DNA of 64,000 nucleotides, from the IMG/VR virus record IMGVR_UViG_3300022744_000022, positions 124,001-188,000 of that record, one strand, 5' to 3'. Shown piece after piece: positions 35,832 through 44,456 of this stretch. How positions within the stretch are numbered: position 1 is the first letter of the stretch; each line of letters begins with the position of its first letter. The notes beneath the pieces were generated by a model. That model did not search any database. It had not been told where the DNA came from and saw nothing but the letters and a program-made list of their open reading frames with translations. Both the position numbers and the translations under genes were made by a program.

Positions 35832-36380
35832 ATGAAAAAGAGCAAGCTACGGTTCCTGTTGAGTCTGCACGAGAACATCAATCAAGGCTGCGAGATCCTC
35901 GCCGTCGATCGTGCCACCTTCATGCCGACTCTGGATCGCTTCTTCGAGACCGTCAGTCTCGGCATCGAGATGGGACTCAAGATGAAGGGCTCGAAGTCCT
36001 CACTGGCCGCCAAGAAGCCGGTGGCCGCCAAGGGGAAGGCCAAGAAGTCGGTGGCCGCCAAGGGGGAGGCCAAGGCCAAGAAGTCAGGGAAGGGCGGCAG
36101 CAGGAAGCACGACCCTCAACGAACCCTCAACGTGCTGACGGCCGTCAAGACCCACCTGGGGAAGACTTCCCCGATGCGTTTGAAGGACATCATCGAGGCG
36201 GTCAAGCCGCTCTTGAAGGGGATCAAGGACCCGCAGCAAGCCGTCTGGAAGATGCTCACGGACTGCCCTGAGATCGAGAGCGTCCCCAAGCAGCGTGGCT
36301 TCTACCGTTTGAAGCCCTCGAAGAAGGTCTTGAACGGCAAAGCCAATGGCAAGGCGACGCACGCCGTTGCCTTGAACTAG
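35832..36380 (+). CDS. Lys/Ala-rich (histone H1-like) protein with C-terminal wHTH-like domain
   Basis: AAKKPVAAKGK repeats; LKDII...AV..ML...RGFYRL. Confidence 0.7.
   Translation: MKKSKLRFLLSLHENINQGCEILAVDRATFMPTLDRFFETVSLGIEMGLKMKGSKSSLAAKKPVAAKGKAKKSVAAKGEAKAKKSGKGGSRKHDPQRTLNVLTAVKTHLGKTSPMRLKDIIEAVKPLLKGIKDPQQAVWKMLTDCPEIESVPKQRGFYRLKPSKKVLNGKANGKATHAVALN
36009..36068 (+). repeat. 2 x 30-nt coding repeat
   Basis: GCCAAGAAG(C/T)CGGTGGCCGCCAAGGGG(A/G)AG. Confidence 0.85.
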
Positions 36381-37456
36381 GTTCGGGACGCGAGATAGCG
36401 GCTCACCACAGCGGCGGCAGTTTTCTTGTCCTTTGCTTCCGCTCCCATGGAGTTGAGGACTTCTTGGAAGTCCTCATCGGTGAGCTGCTCGATCTCTTTG
36501 GCCACCGCTGCCATCATGAACTTGGCCATTGCGTCCTCGGCAGAGTCGCCTTTTGCGTCCTTGTCCTCGGAAGCGATGTGCTGAATCAGGTGGGCCACGC
36601 CATGTCCAACGTGCCCCAGCTCTTCTAGCATGTGCAGGTCCCCAAGGTGTTTAGACACCGACTTCATCGCCACATGCCTAGCCAGATTTTTGGCGAACAC
36701 CCCAGCGGCCATCAACGGGCCTGACGCAGCAAACGCAGCGGCAGCTCCGCCAATCGCCATGTGGGTGGCTACTTCCTTGAAGGCGGATTTCTGCTTCTTG
36801 GTCATCTTGCCGCCCTGCATCACGGCCTTGACGCCCTCTGCGGCAGTTTTGAACTCGTGAACCTCGTGCTTGGCGGTAGTCACGAGGTTCGTGATCATCT
36901 TCTTGGGGGCGTTCACCAGGGCGTCTTTCGCTTCACCCAACGCCTTCTTGCGGAACTCATCGTCCCCGAAGAAGTGCTTGACCGCTTTCGGGGCTGCCTC
37001 CACGAACTTCGTGGCTGACTCAGAGAGGCCTTTGAACCGGGCCTTCCAAGCGTCGAACTTGCCCGCAGGCTTGGCGGTCTCCTTGGGGGCCTCGGGAGCC
37101 TTGGCTTTGGCGGGCGGGGCCTTGGGCTGAGGCTTGGCCTCTGGCTTGGACTCAGGCTTCTTCTTGGCCTTGTCCGGGATGGGCGGCGGGGTGCTCTTAG
37201 GAGCCTTAGGCGGAGTGCTCTTGGGGCCAGCCGGGGGCGGGGGCTTGGGGGGCGTCTTACCGCCCGCTGGCGGGGGTGCTTTGGGCTTCTTGACCCCGGG
37301 CTTCTCAGCCGGGCCGCCTTTGGCCTTGTTCTCGTTGACCGAGTGCTGGGTCCTGTCGGCGTCCGGGTGTTCCTTGAGGTACTCGTTCAAGGCCTTCTCG
37401 GAGGGGAACTCCTTGGCTTGACGGTACCTGGACGCGACTCGTGCTGCTAGACCCAT
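36377..37456 (-). CDS. Pro/Lys-rich protein with RVASRY and VVSRY termini, possibly virion-associated
   Basis: MGLAARVASRY start; hydrophobic hairpin; ends AVVSRYLASRT. Confidence 0.8.
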   Translation of the reverse strand: MGLAARVASRYRQAKEFPSEKALNEYLKEHPDADRTQHSVNENKAKGGPAEKPGVKKPKAPPPAGGKTPPKPPPPAGPKSTPPKAPKSTPPPIPDKAKKKPESKPEAKPQPKAPPAKAKAPEAPKETAKPAGKFDAWKARFKGLSESATKFVEAAPKAVKHFFGDDEFRKKALGEAKDALVNAPKKMITNLVTTAKHEVHEFKTAAEGVKAVMQGGKMTKKQKSAFKEVATHMAIGGAAAAFAASGPLMAAGVFAKNLARHVAMKSVSKHLGDLHMLEELGHVGHGVAHLIQHIASEDKDAKGDSAEDAMAKFMMAAVAKEIEQLTDEDFQEVLNSMGAEAKDKKTAAAVVSRYLASRT

Positions 37457-37488
37457 GCAGACGCGAGATCATCGAAGGATCTTTTGGA

Positions 37489-37767
37489 TCAGTCCCGGAT
37501 CACGCTCAGCGTCAAGTCCGCCGGGGCCTTGCAATGCACGGCCCGCTCCACCTTCCGGATCGCCACCACCGCCTCCCCTGACCACCCCCGAGGCAACACC
37601 TGCCCTCGACCGCACAGGTTGAAGCGAGTGTCCTGACGAGACGATGTGGCCCAAGAGCCTGGCGCGAGGTTCCCTAATTCGGATTCAGGGGGCCGTGGGA
37701 CAGGGTACGCCACCATCATAAACAGCTCACCCGTAGGCAAAACAGGAAGTTCATCGCTTTCAGACAT
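37489..37767 (-). CDS. Hypothetical protein
   Basis: GGTGTA 12 nt before ATG 37767. Confidence 0.6.
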   Translation of the reverse strand: MSESDELPVLPTGELFMMVAYPVPRPPESELGNLAPGSWATSSRQDTRFNLCGRGQVLPRGWSGEAVVAIRKVERAVHCKAPADLTLSVIRD

Positions 37768-37787
37768 GATGGACCAGATTACACCAG

Positions 37788-38219
37788 TCACGCCGCAACG
37801 TGTCGCACACCCTCGGCAATAGCCCGCTCAATGTCTTCTTCGGTCAACTCCCACCCATCGTAGGGTAGCCGGGCCACCACTCTGGTCTTGAACTTCTGGA
37901 AGTAACGGATCGCTAGGTACTCATGAAGTTGGAGCCCCAGCCACTCATCTTCGGGCGGCAGCACACTGATCCCCAGAGCGGCCAGCACGATCCGATGGTT
38001 CTCGGGATCGATCAGGTGCGAGACCAAGATGGCCAACGCGGTTTGTCCGGGACCCGATCCATGATACCCCCACTCGAAACCCGTCGGACTTTTGGTCAAG
38101 AGGTCGAGCCTGGGATTCAGAGCCCACCCACTGCCCGAGTTCAGATCCTCGACAGTAATCGAACAGACCTTCGTCTCGGGGTCACGGCGACCCGTGTACT
38201 TGAAGTAAGCTCTAGACAT
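37788..38219 (-). CDS. DUF6166-like protein
   Basis: SPTGFEWGYHGSGPGQTALAIL...FKTRVVARL. Confidence 0.75.
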   Translation of the reverse strand: MSRAYFKYTGRRDPETKVCSITVEDLNSGSGWALNPRLDLLTKSPTGFEWGYHGSGPGQTALAILVSHLIDPENHRIVLAALGISVLPPEDEWLGLQLHEYLAIRYFQKFKTRVVARLPYDGWELTEEDIERAIAEGVRHVAA

Positions 38220-38619
38220 TCTTCAACGTCCCTTCGATCAACTTGAGGCACCGTTTGCAGGTAACCTCCGCTTCGTTGGAGGTCAAATTCTTGTACGAGA
38301 CGTGCGGCGTCTCGCAGATCTGTGCTGACCTGCCGTTGACCTTATGGGCCATGTGAATCTTGCGAGGAAGGATCGAGAGCAGTTCCTCTTGCGTCATAGG
38401 CTTCACGAGCCCGGCCCGCATGTAGAGCTTGAAGCCCTCTTTCGCAAAACGCTTCTCCAGGTCCAGGATGGCCTTTTCGATGACTTGCTCCAAGACACCC
38501 GCCTCCGAGATCTTGGCACTCGTTGCAAACGACAGCTCAACCGACATTGGGACATTCAGGTCTTGAATGTCCTCATCGGGTTGAAGCCGTTTCAGCAAGG
38601 GTCGGGGCCGATCAGGCAT
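38212..38619 (-). CDS. Hypothetical protein with C-terminal H..C..CKRC zinc site
   Basis: Overlapping operon member. Confidence 0.7.
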   Translation of the reverse strand: MPDRPRPLLKRLQPDEDIQDLNVPMSVELSFATSAKISEAGVLEQVIEKAILDLEKRFAKEGFKLYMRAGLVKPMTQEELLSILPRKIHMAHKVNGRSAQICETPHVSYKNLTSNEAEVTCKRCLKLIEGTLKNV

Positions 38620-38854
38620 TCAGCAACTCACGCAGATGCGCTGCAAGAAAGCGCCCGGTGGGCTGGTTCTCCATGCTCGCCGCTGACTGCTCGATGCGTT
38701 CCTTCAGCGCTACGAACGCTCGCAGTTCCTCGATCGCAGCCTTGAACGCATCCCCGTCAACCTCAAAGTAGGTTGGGCTCATGTCCTCGGTTGCCGACCC
38801 GTCTTGAAGCTCAGTGACTTGTTCAAGACGATCCAGAAGTTGTTGCGTGGTCAT
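38612..38854 (-). CDS. Hypothetical protein
   Basis: 80 aa, coupled. Confidence 0.7.
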   Translation of the reverse strand: MTTQQLLDRLEQVTELQDGSATEDMSPTYFEVDGDAFKAAIEELRAFVALKERIEQSAASMENQPTGRFLAAHLRELLNA

Positions 38855-39042
38855 GTGCGCGTTGCTCCCGTGAACTTGCGATCCAAGTAGTCCCCATCAT
38901 CCTCGGGCTCGGGGGTCGGTTCCTCCGCCACCTTGGGCATCCGCTGCTTGAGCCAATCGGCGGCATCGTAGAGGCCGTTCTGGTTGGCCAACCCCAAAAG
39001 GGTCTGGAGTTGGTCGGTGACTGAACGTTGGTCGGGCATCAT
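38851..39042 (-). CDS. Hypothetical protein
   Basis: Bipartite promoter upstream. Confidence 0.7.
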   Translation of the reverse strand: MMPDQRSVTDQLQTLLGLANQNGLYDAADWLKQRMPKVAEEPTPEPEDDGDYLDRKFTGATRT

Positions 39043-39050
39043 GCGGGTAC

Positions 39051-39076
39051 TACACCGGGGCTTGGGAAAACTCTAG
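39051..39076 (-). promoter_or_regulatory. CTAGAGTT-N12-GGTGTA promoter
   Basis: 8 nt before ATG 39042. Confidence 0.7.
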
Positions 39077-39096
39077 AAACGGGTTACGCTTCTCAG

Positions 39097-39381
39097 GTGA
39101 AAACCTTACGCGAACGCCTTCAAGACTGGCACGATTGCGATGTTGCCGAATATGAACTCGGCGTAACTCTTGGGCTTTGGCCAGAATGGGGCGGCGGGCC
39201 TCCTGGGGAAGACCCTTGGCATGGGCACAAAGGCGTCTTTTGGACCGCCAACCCCCTGGGGACCATGCTTCACGAGACCTTGGTGAGCCTGACTACACTC
39301 GGGATGCTGGAATCGAGGGAAGACGGGTTGAGCTTCCGGTGGAACCCTGCTTGGGACTCGAATTCGTTGAAGGGTGCCTAG
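39097..39381 (+). CDS. Hypothetical protein
   Basis: Start GTG 39097. Confidence 0.7.
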   Translation: MKTLRERLQDWHDCDVAEYELGVTLGLWPEWGGGPPGEDPWHGHKGVFWTANPLGTMLHETLVSLTTLGMLESREDGLSFRWNPAWDSNSLKGA

Positions 39382-39403
39382 AGTTTCTCTGCTCTCCGGT
39401 GTA
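39378..39403 (+). promoter_or_regulatory. CTAGAGTT-N12-GGTGTA promoter
   Basis: 8 nt before ATG 39412. Confidence 0.7.
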
Positions 39404-39411
39404 GTACCAAC

Positions 39412-39696
39412 ATGTACCGCACCGTCGAAGAACTGGCAACAGACCTCGTGGACGACGACCGTACCTCTTTCACGTTCGCGGAAGCGGACGAGCTGGCGGA
39501 GACGCTTCAAGTCACGACCGCCAAGGTGATCCGTGACCTCAAGGCGTATGGGCTGACTTACGAAGGCCGTCCGAACGAGAAGTCGGTTCGCGGGTTCACC
39601 TCAAACCCGCATGACCGTTGGTACGGTCCGGGCTCAAGTCCCACGCATGGCGGCTCGGGCTGGGAACAGATCGCTGGTTTCGGAGGTCGGGAATGA
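39412..39696 (+). CDS. Hypothetical protein (HTH-like N-terminus, Gly-rich C-terminus)
   Basis: 94 aa. Confidence 0.75.
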   Translation: MYRTVEELATDLVDDDRTSFTFAEADELAETLQVTTAKVIRDLKAYGLTYEGRPNEKSVRGFTSNPHDRWYGPGSSPTHGGSGWEQIAGFGGRE

Positions 39697-40022
39697 AACT
39701 CCGGATGTTCACTCGGGTTGGGGTCATCAGTGCGACCGGGAAGCGCCGAAGCCGCAATGTGAGCGCTCGCAAGTGCGTCTCGATCGAAGACCTCGTTCGA
39801 TGCTTTGAGCACAACCTCCGGTTCGTGACGGACCCTACGATTCAATCCATCCGTATCGATGTTCGCCGTCCGAGCAGCAACCCCGAACTGAAAGAGTTCG
39901 AGAACGACCCGGACGGGGACTTCTCCTGGCAGCACGACGCAAAGCTTTCGGCAGAAGTGGCCGGTGTGCTCAAGAACAAGTACCCCGAGCTGCCCGTGAC
40001 CATCGGGTACATTTTCGTATGA
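39693..40022 (+). CDS. Hypothetical protein
   Basis: ATGA overlap at 39693. Confidence 0.7.
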   Translation: MKLRMFTRVGVISATGKRRSRNVSARKCVSIEDLVRCFEHNLRFVTDPTIQSIRIDVRRPSSNPELKEFENDPDGDFSWQHDAKLSAEVAGVLKNKYPELPVTIGYIFV

Positions 40023-41590
40023 AGCGCAAACCTAAAGAGACCAAGAAAGAGCGCAAGCAGCGCCTGGTCCAAGGGATCAAGGCGGCTCGCAACGCCCAGC
40101 CCGCAGCACCCCTGCACTTGGCCGATTCCGCCTACGTGGAAGCGATGCTGGACGGTTCCACTCGTCTGAATGTGGCTGCCGAAGTGGCGGCCGATCCCCG
40201 AGTCTCGATCTGGCTGCAACAGCTCGACAAGCGCATGGACCTGATCGCGAGTCGGGGCAGCGTTACCCGCAAGCAGTGTGACGTGATCCTGAGCATCGTC
40301 CAAGAGTGGGAGAACGCCAACGCCACCAATCGGTTCAAGTCCAAGGCGGAGGCCTCTGTCTCGGTGGCCCGGATGCTCGATAGCGTGATCAAAGCGCTCC
40401 CGAAATCCAAAGTCCCGCTCACCCCTGAGCAGATACGACGCGAGGCCGAAGACATCGGAGAGCTGTCTGACGCGATCCTAGACACCAAGTCCAACTTCGT
40501 GAAGACCGCCGGTCGGGTTGTACTCCCCGAGGGTCAAGCTGCCGTTGAAACTTACCTCTACTGCATGCAGAAGCTCATGGAGGGGGCCAACGGCATCGTC
40601 AAGGACTTGGACGACAAGGGTAAGCGTGCAGGTATCGAGGCAGCCCGGCAGATTTGGGCTCAAGCTCGGGACGCGAGGGTGTTCGAGATCCCCGCTCAGA
40701 TCTGGCAGAGCCAGCACCGCATTCACGAACAGCACTTCATGATGGCGATTGCCAAGCAACAGATCCCCCAAGAGGAAGCGCTGGAATTCCTGCGTGTGAA
40801 CGCACAGGTCCAACCCTTCCCGGAGAAGCTCCCGTTCGACTACTGCTACATCGGGCTCGGGGCTGGGGTCATGCTCGACTTGGCGCTGGCGAAGATGCGG
40901 ATCTCCGGTTCGGACAAGAAAGAGAACGTGGTGGGGGTGTGCTTACTCGGGTACCTGATCTGCGGTCCGAACAAGCAAGTCTACGAGATGCTCCACGTCA
41001 TCTTGGAGGACACCGACTTCTTTCTGCCGTTGGCCCAGCGCTACGATGGTTCATGGCCTTTCGGTGAGACTCTCGCGGCATGGCTCGTGGCTCAGATGGT
41101 GGACCTGATCAACGAGCACAACACCGTGGTAATCAACCACGAGCCCTCGCAGAAGATGAAGGCCGCTTACCGTAAGACCGGCAAAGGCGCTCCAGGCTTC
41201 CTCCCCCGGCCCTACTACACACTGCACCTGAAGCACTCGATCATTGACGAGTCCGAGCTTGAGCCCCGGAGCGAGAACGGTTTTGGCCGGACCCTGGCGT
41301 ACCGCTACGACCGACGGGGGCATGAACGCTGCTACGTGGCACGCGGCCCTCTACCCATTGACGAGAAGACCGAGAAGAAGCTGCTCAAGTACGGGTACCG
41401 CTTCATCGTGGGCAAGCCTGACGCTGAGGATGCCGCTCGGCTGGCCTACCGCAACTTCCCACCCAAACGCTCGGACGAGTGGATGGCGGTCAAGGTTCGC
41501 TGGATCGAAGACGTAGTGGTGGGAGACGAGAAGCTACCGTACATCCCGGCGGTCAGAGTTCCCGAGAAGCCTCAGGTGCTAGCCCCATGA
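40019..41590 (+). CDS. Hypothetical phage protein (523 aa)
   Basis: Long ORF with strong codon bias; no family recognised. Confidence 0.85.
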   Translation: MKRKPKETKKERKQRLVQGIKAARNAQPAAPLHLADSAYVEAMLDGSTRLNVAAEVAADPRVSIWLQQLDKRMDLIASRGSVTRKQCDVILSIVQEWENANATNRFKSKAEASVSVARMLDSVIKALPKSKVPLTPEQIRREAEDIGELSDAILDTKSNFVKTAGRVVLPEGQAAVETYLYCMQKLMEGANGIVKDLDDKGKRAGIEAARQIWAQARDARVFEIPAQIWQSQHRIHEQHFMMAIAKQQIPQEEALEFLRVNAQVQPFPEKLPFDYCYIGLGAGVMLDLALAKMRISGSDKKENVVGVCLLGYLICGPNKQVYEMLHVILEDTDFFLPLAQRYDGSWPFGETLAAWLVAQMVDLINEHNTVVINHEPSQKMKAAYRKTGKGAPGFLPRPYYTLHLKHSIIDESELEPRSENGFGRTLAYRYDRRGHERCYVARGPLPIDEKTEKKLLKYGYRFIVGKPDAEDAARLAYRNFPPKRSDEWMAVKVRWIEDVVVGDEKLPYIPAVRVPEKPQVLAP

Positions 41591-41874
41591 TCTCTCATGC
41601 CCGCAAGCTTCATATCAACGGAGAGACCTACCACTGGACGGGCTCCAAAAACGGGATTGTGCTCGATCTCGGGGCACACGGTCGGTTCGAGGTCGGGCTC
41701 GAAGTGATCAATCCCGAGAATTACTGCTGGAGCGGCTGTTGCGATCCGGCCCCTCATCCGACACCTGGCCTCGCAAGTCACATCGCACGCATTCAACTGG
41801 CAACGGATCTCGTGTTGGAACCTGGTGTCGAGATTGACCACGTGTGGAAAGTCACATCCGTGAGGAAGCTGTGA
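41587..41874 (+). CDS. Hypothetical protein
   Basis: ATGA overlap. Confidence 0.65.
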   Translation: MISHARKLHINGETYHWTGSKNGIVLDLGAHGRFEVGLEVINPENYCWSGCCDPAPHPTPGLASHIARIQLATDLVLEPGVEIDHVWKVTSVRKL

Positions 41875-42323
41875 CGGTACGGATCCTCACGAACTTCCTG
41901 ACTCAAGTGGACATTGAGCAGCTCTTGCTCTTTGCTGAACAAGGTAACTTCGAGCCCGGCCGTCAAGGCACTGGCTACGTCAAGGCGTGCATCCCGCCCC
42001 AACTCTTTCCCGAGCTACGCAAAGACTCGCTCAAGCAGCTCGGGGCAACCCTGGACGTTGGGCACGACTGCTATCTCGTACGGTACGGGGTGAACACCTG
42101 GATCCCGTCTCACAAGGATGATGCCCCGCTTGCTCAAGAGCACCACCGCCTCAATGCCATGGTCACGATGCCCGAACGAGGTGGCCAGCTCATCGTGGAA
42201 GGCCAGTCCATCGAGCTTGCAGTCCGCGATGCCTACGTTTTCCGACCGGACCTTCAGGAGCACGAGGTGCAACGTGTCGAAGCCGGTGTACGGCTCATTT
42301 GGTCCGTTGGCGTTCTGGTCTAA
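41871..42323 (+). CDS. 2OG-Fe(II) oxygenase superfamily protein
   Basis: HKD...GGQL...H.V..V..G.R. Confidence 0.8.
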   Translation: MTVRILTNFLTQVDIEQLLLFAEQGNFEPGRQGTGYVKACIPPQLFPELRKDSLKQLGATLDVGHDCYLVRYGVNTWIPSHKDDAPLAQEHHRLNAMVTMPERGGQLIVEGQSIELAVRDAYVFRPDLQEHEVQRVEAGVRLIWSVGVLV

Positions 42324-42337
42324 CCCCTGAGCCCTTC

Positions 42338-42727
42338 ATGAAACCCAACCAACTCTTGGTTCACCGTCTCTGGTCCCTCTGGAACCCCGTGGCAGCCCTG
42401 GGCTTACGCCCCAAGGACGTAGGGCGCTTTGGCCAAGTAGAGCCTCTGACGACCTTCCGAGAAGACCGCCGGGGCATCAAGTACCATCAGGGCCGGATCC
42501 ACTACTTCGTGCAGTGTCTCCGAGACGGCATCGAGTTGGATCCGATTTCCATCGACAACGATTGTGGGCACAACCTGATCCTGCCTATCCCCGTTGTGCT
42601 CGACGGCAACCACAGATTCATCGCGCACATCCTCCTGGGGATCCCCCGGATCCCCGCCCATTACGGAGGTCGAGTGGACCTTCTGCGCTACCTGGAGGGG
42701 AAGCGGATGACGCCCCCGAAAGACTAG
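42338..42727 (+). CDS. ParB/sulfiredoxin-like domain protein
   Basis: LDPI...VLDGNHRF. Confidence 0.6.
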   Translation: MKPNQLLVHRLWSLWNPVAALGLRPKDVGRFGQVEPLTTFREDRRGIKYHQGRIHYFVQCLRDGIELDPISIDNDCGHNLILPIPVVLDGNHRFIAHILLGIPRIPAHYGGRVDLLRYLEGKRMTPPKD

Positions 42728-42951
42728 CCAGCGTGGCAGTCGTAAGCGCCCGAGAATGTGGCGAGAATTCGTTCCGTGAATGTGGTGGGACGCCCTTCGG
42801 GGCACTGTGCCAAGGGGATGGGCAGGCTTTTCACTTGCTCGGCATCGAGCCCAACAGAGCTACCGCATGCCTCACAACGATACATTGACCAGCGGTAACC
42901 CTCGGTCTGAATCTGCGAATCTAGCTTGAACAGGTGTACTCGTTTGGCCAC
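42724..42951 (-). CDS. Small Cys-containing protein
   Basis: GGTGTA 9 nt before GTG 42951; CEAC. Confidence 0.6.
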   Translation of the reverse strand: MAKRVHLFKLDSQIQTEGYRWSMYRCEACGSSVGLDAEQVKSLPIPLAQCPEGRPTTFTERILATFSGAYDCHAG

Positions 42952-43012
42952 AGACAAGACTACACCAAAAGCGCTTGGATCTGGTGCTGCCGTGCGCTAC
43001 AGAGCACAGAAG

Positions 43013-43091
43013 GTGGGTTTGAGGCGGGATAGCGCCCCACGGTCGAGACTCCCCAGTCCTTGGCCCGGCCGCTATTCCGCCTCAAACCCAT
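43013..43091 (+). other. 22-bp intergenic inverted repeat with 35-nt loop
   Basis: GTGGGTTTGAGGCGGGATAGCG / CGCTATTCCGCCTCAAACCCAT; mismatches are G-U on the + strand. Confidence 0.8.
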
Positions 43092-43182
43092 CTAGACGCT
43101 TGACGCCTCGTTCTGGACCGTGTTAGGCAGGGAACACGGATCGCGCCCTACGGGCCCCGTCCGCACAACCTAAGGACACCAG

Positions 43183-43734
43183 ATGGGCCACCCCGCAGGT
43201 AGCTTCTGTTCCCTTTGTCTCAAATCTGAGTCAGAGGTCCCCCGCTTGATTGTGAGCGGCACGATGGCAGCGGTTTGCACCGAGTGCATTCAGCTCTGCA
43301 ACGAGATTTTGGAGGGGGACGACGAGCCTTTCACAGAGGAACCCCCGCCCCGCTACGTGGGTGGCGAGAGACCCCCTGTGCTCCCCGATACGCTCTCGAT
43401 CGAGCTGTTCTACCACGCCACCGAGGTGATGCTGAACACGTTGGTGCTCTCGGGAGAACCCCAGCCCTATAGTACGGTGGCCCCCATCGTGGGCTACCAC
43501 CACCGGGACCGGAACTTCTATCGCATGCTCGGGCGGTCCCTACGTGAGGACCACGCCGCTGGACGCCCCCTCAGGGCCTCCATGGTCATCAACAAGGCTC
43601 TGGGGATGCCTGGGCAGGCCTACTTCATGGTCTGCCGTGAGCTGGGCCTGGAAGTCCCCAAGGGCGGTGAAGCGGCCTTCTGGACTGCCCAGCTCGACCG
43701 CCTCGCCCTAGAGTTTTCCGAAGTCCAAGTGTAG
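43183..43734 (+). CDS. ClpX C4-type zinc-binding domain fused to an unknown domain
   Basis: FCSLCLKSESEVPRLIVSG...VCTECIQLCNEIL. Confidence 0.8.
   Translation: MGHPAGSFCSLCLKSESEVPRLIVSGTMAAVCTECIQLCNEILEGDDEPFTEEPPPRYVGGERPPVLPDTLSIELFYHATEVMLNTLVLSGEPQPYSTVAPIVGYHHRDRNFYRMLGRSLREDHAAGRPLRASMVINKALGMPGQAYFMVCRELGLEVPKGGEAAFWTAQLDRLALEFSEVQV
43708..43733 (+). promoter_or_regulatory. CTAGAGTT-N12-AGTGTA promoter embedded in a CDS end
   Basis: 9 nt before ATG 43743. Confidence 0.6.
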
Positions 43735-43742
43735 TACCCTCC

Positions 43743-43961
43743 ATGAAAGCCCTCTTGAACACGGTCTTTGCAGACGCCGCCAAGTGCCTGCACCCCAAGG
43801 CTCAGACCAAGAAGTACGTGGGCTCCACCGAGACCTACCACTACTGTCCGGACTGCATGACGACCTGGGGCGGCGAAGAGGGCCCCCGGAAGGTTGCGTT
43901 GATCGCGGCGGCGGCCCGGTACGAAGAAAGCCTTCCGATCTGGGAGTCGAGTCTGCTCTAG
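43743..43961 (+). CDS. Small zinc-ribbon protein
   Basis: CLH...YCPDC. Confidence 0.7.
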   Translation: MKALLNTVFADAAKCLHPKAQTKKYVGSTETYHYCPDCMTTWGGEEGPRKVALIAAAARYEESLPIWESSLL

Positions 43962-43997
43962 GTGCGGATTTAGGGCGGCGGCGGTGTAGCCTAAAGG

Positions 43998-44399
43998 ATG
44001 AGCACAGGCGTCAAACAAGTGATCGTGGTCCGTAAAGACCTCAACATGCGCAAGGGTAAAATTGCTGCCCAGGTTGCGCACGCGGCCATGATGTTCCTGA
44101 TCAAGCCCGCCGAGGTCTACTGGGCTACAGACACTGTGGCTTCGTTCAAGACCCTGGTGACCCCACACCAACACGCTTGGCTCACCGGGTCCTTCACGAA
44201 GGTCGTGCCTTACTGCAACTCCGAGGCCGAGTTACGCGACCTAATCCAGAAAGCCCGAGATGCAGGAGTTGTGGTTCACGAGTGTACAGACAACGGTCTC
44301 ACCGAGTTCCACGGGGTCAAGACGCTCACCTGTGCCGCTTTTGGTCCCGATCTACCGGCAGTTCTCGACCCGATCACCGGCCACCTGTCCTTGTTGTGA
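43998..44399 (+). CDS. pth2: Peptidyl-tRNA hydrolase 2
   Basis: KQVIVVRKDLNMRKGKIAAQVAHA...DNGLTEF...T.TC..FGP...TGHLSLL. Confidence 0.92.
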   Translation: MSTGVKQVIVVRKDLNMRKGKIAAQVAHAAMMFLIKPAEVYWATDTVASFKTLVTPHQHAWLTGSFTKVVPYCNSEAELRDLIQKARDAGVVVHECTDNGLTEFHGVKTLTCAAFGPDLPAVLDPITGHLSLL

Positions 44400-44409
44400 T
44401 CAGAAACCC

Positions 44410-44435
44410 CTAGAGTTCTACCCTTCCCATGTGTA
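44410..44435 (+). promoter_or_regulatory. CTAGAGTT-N12-TGTGTA promoter followed by a leader with SD
   Basis: GGAGAGG before ATG 44457. Confidence 0.6.
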
Positions 44436-44456
44436 GTACCGGGAGAGGTTACGGCC

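Noticed and set aside
2485-37490. Separate late-promoter consensus before RVAxRY genes
   Set aside because: Only loose CTT/CTGTAG similarities at inconsistent spacing; not supportable by eye.
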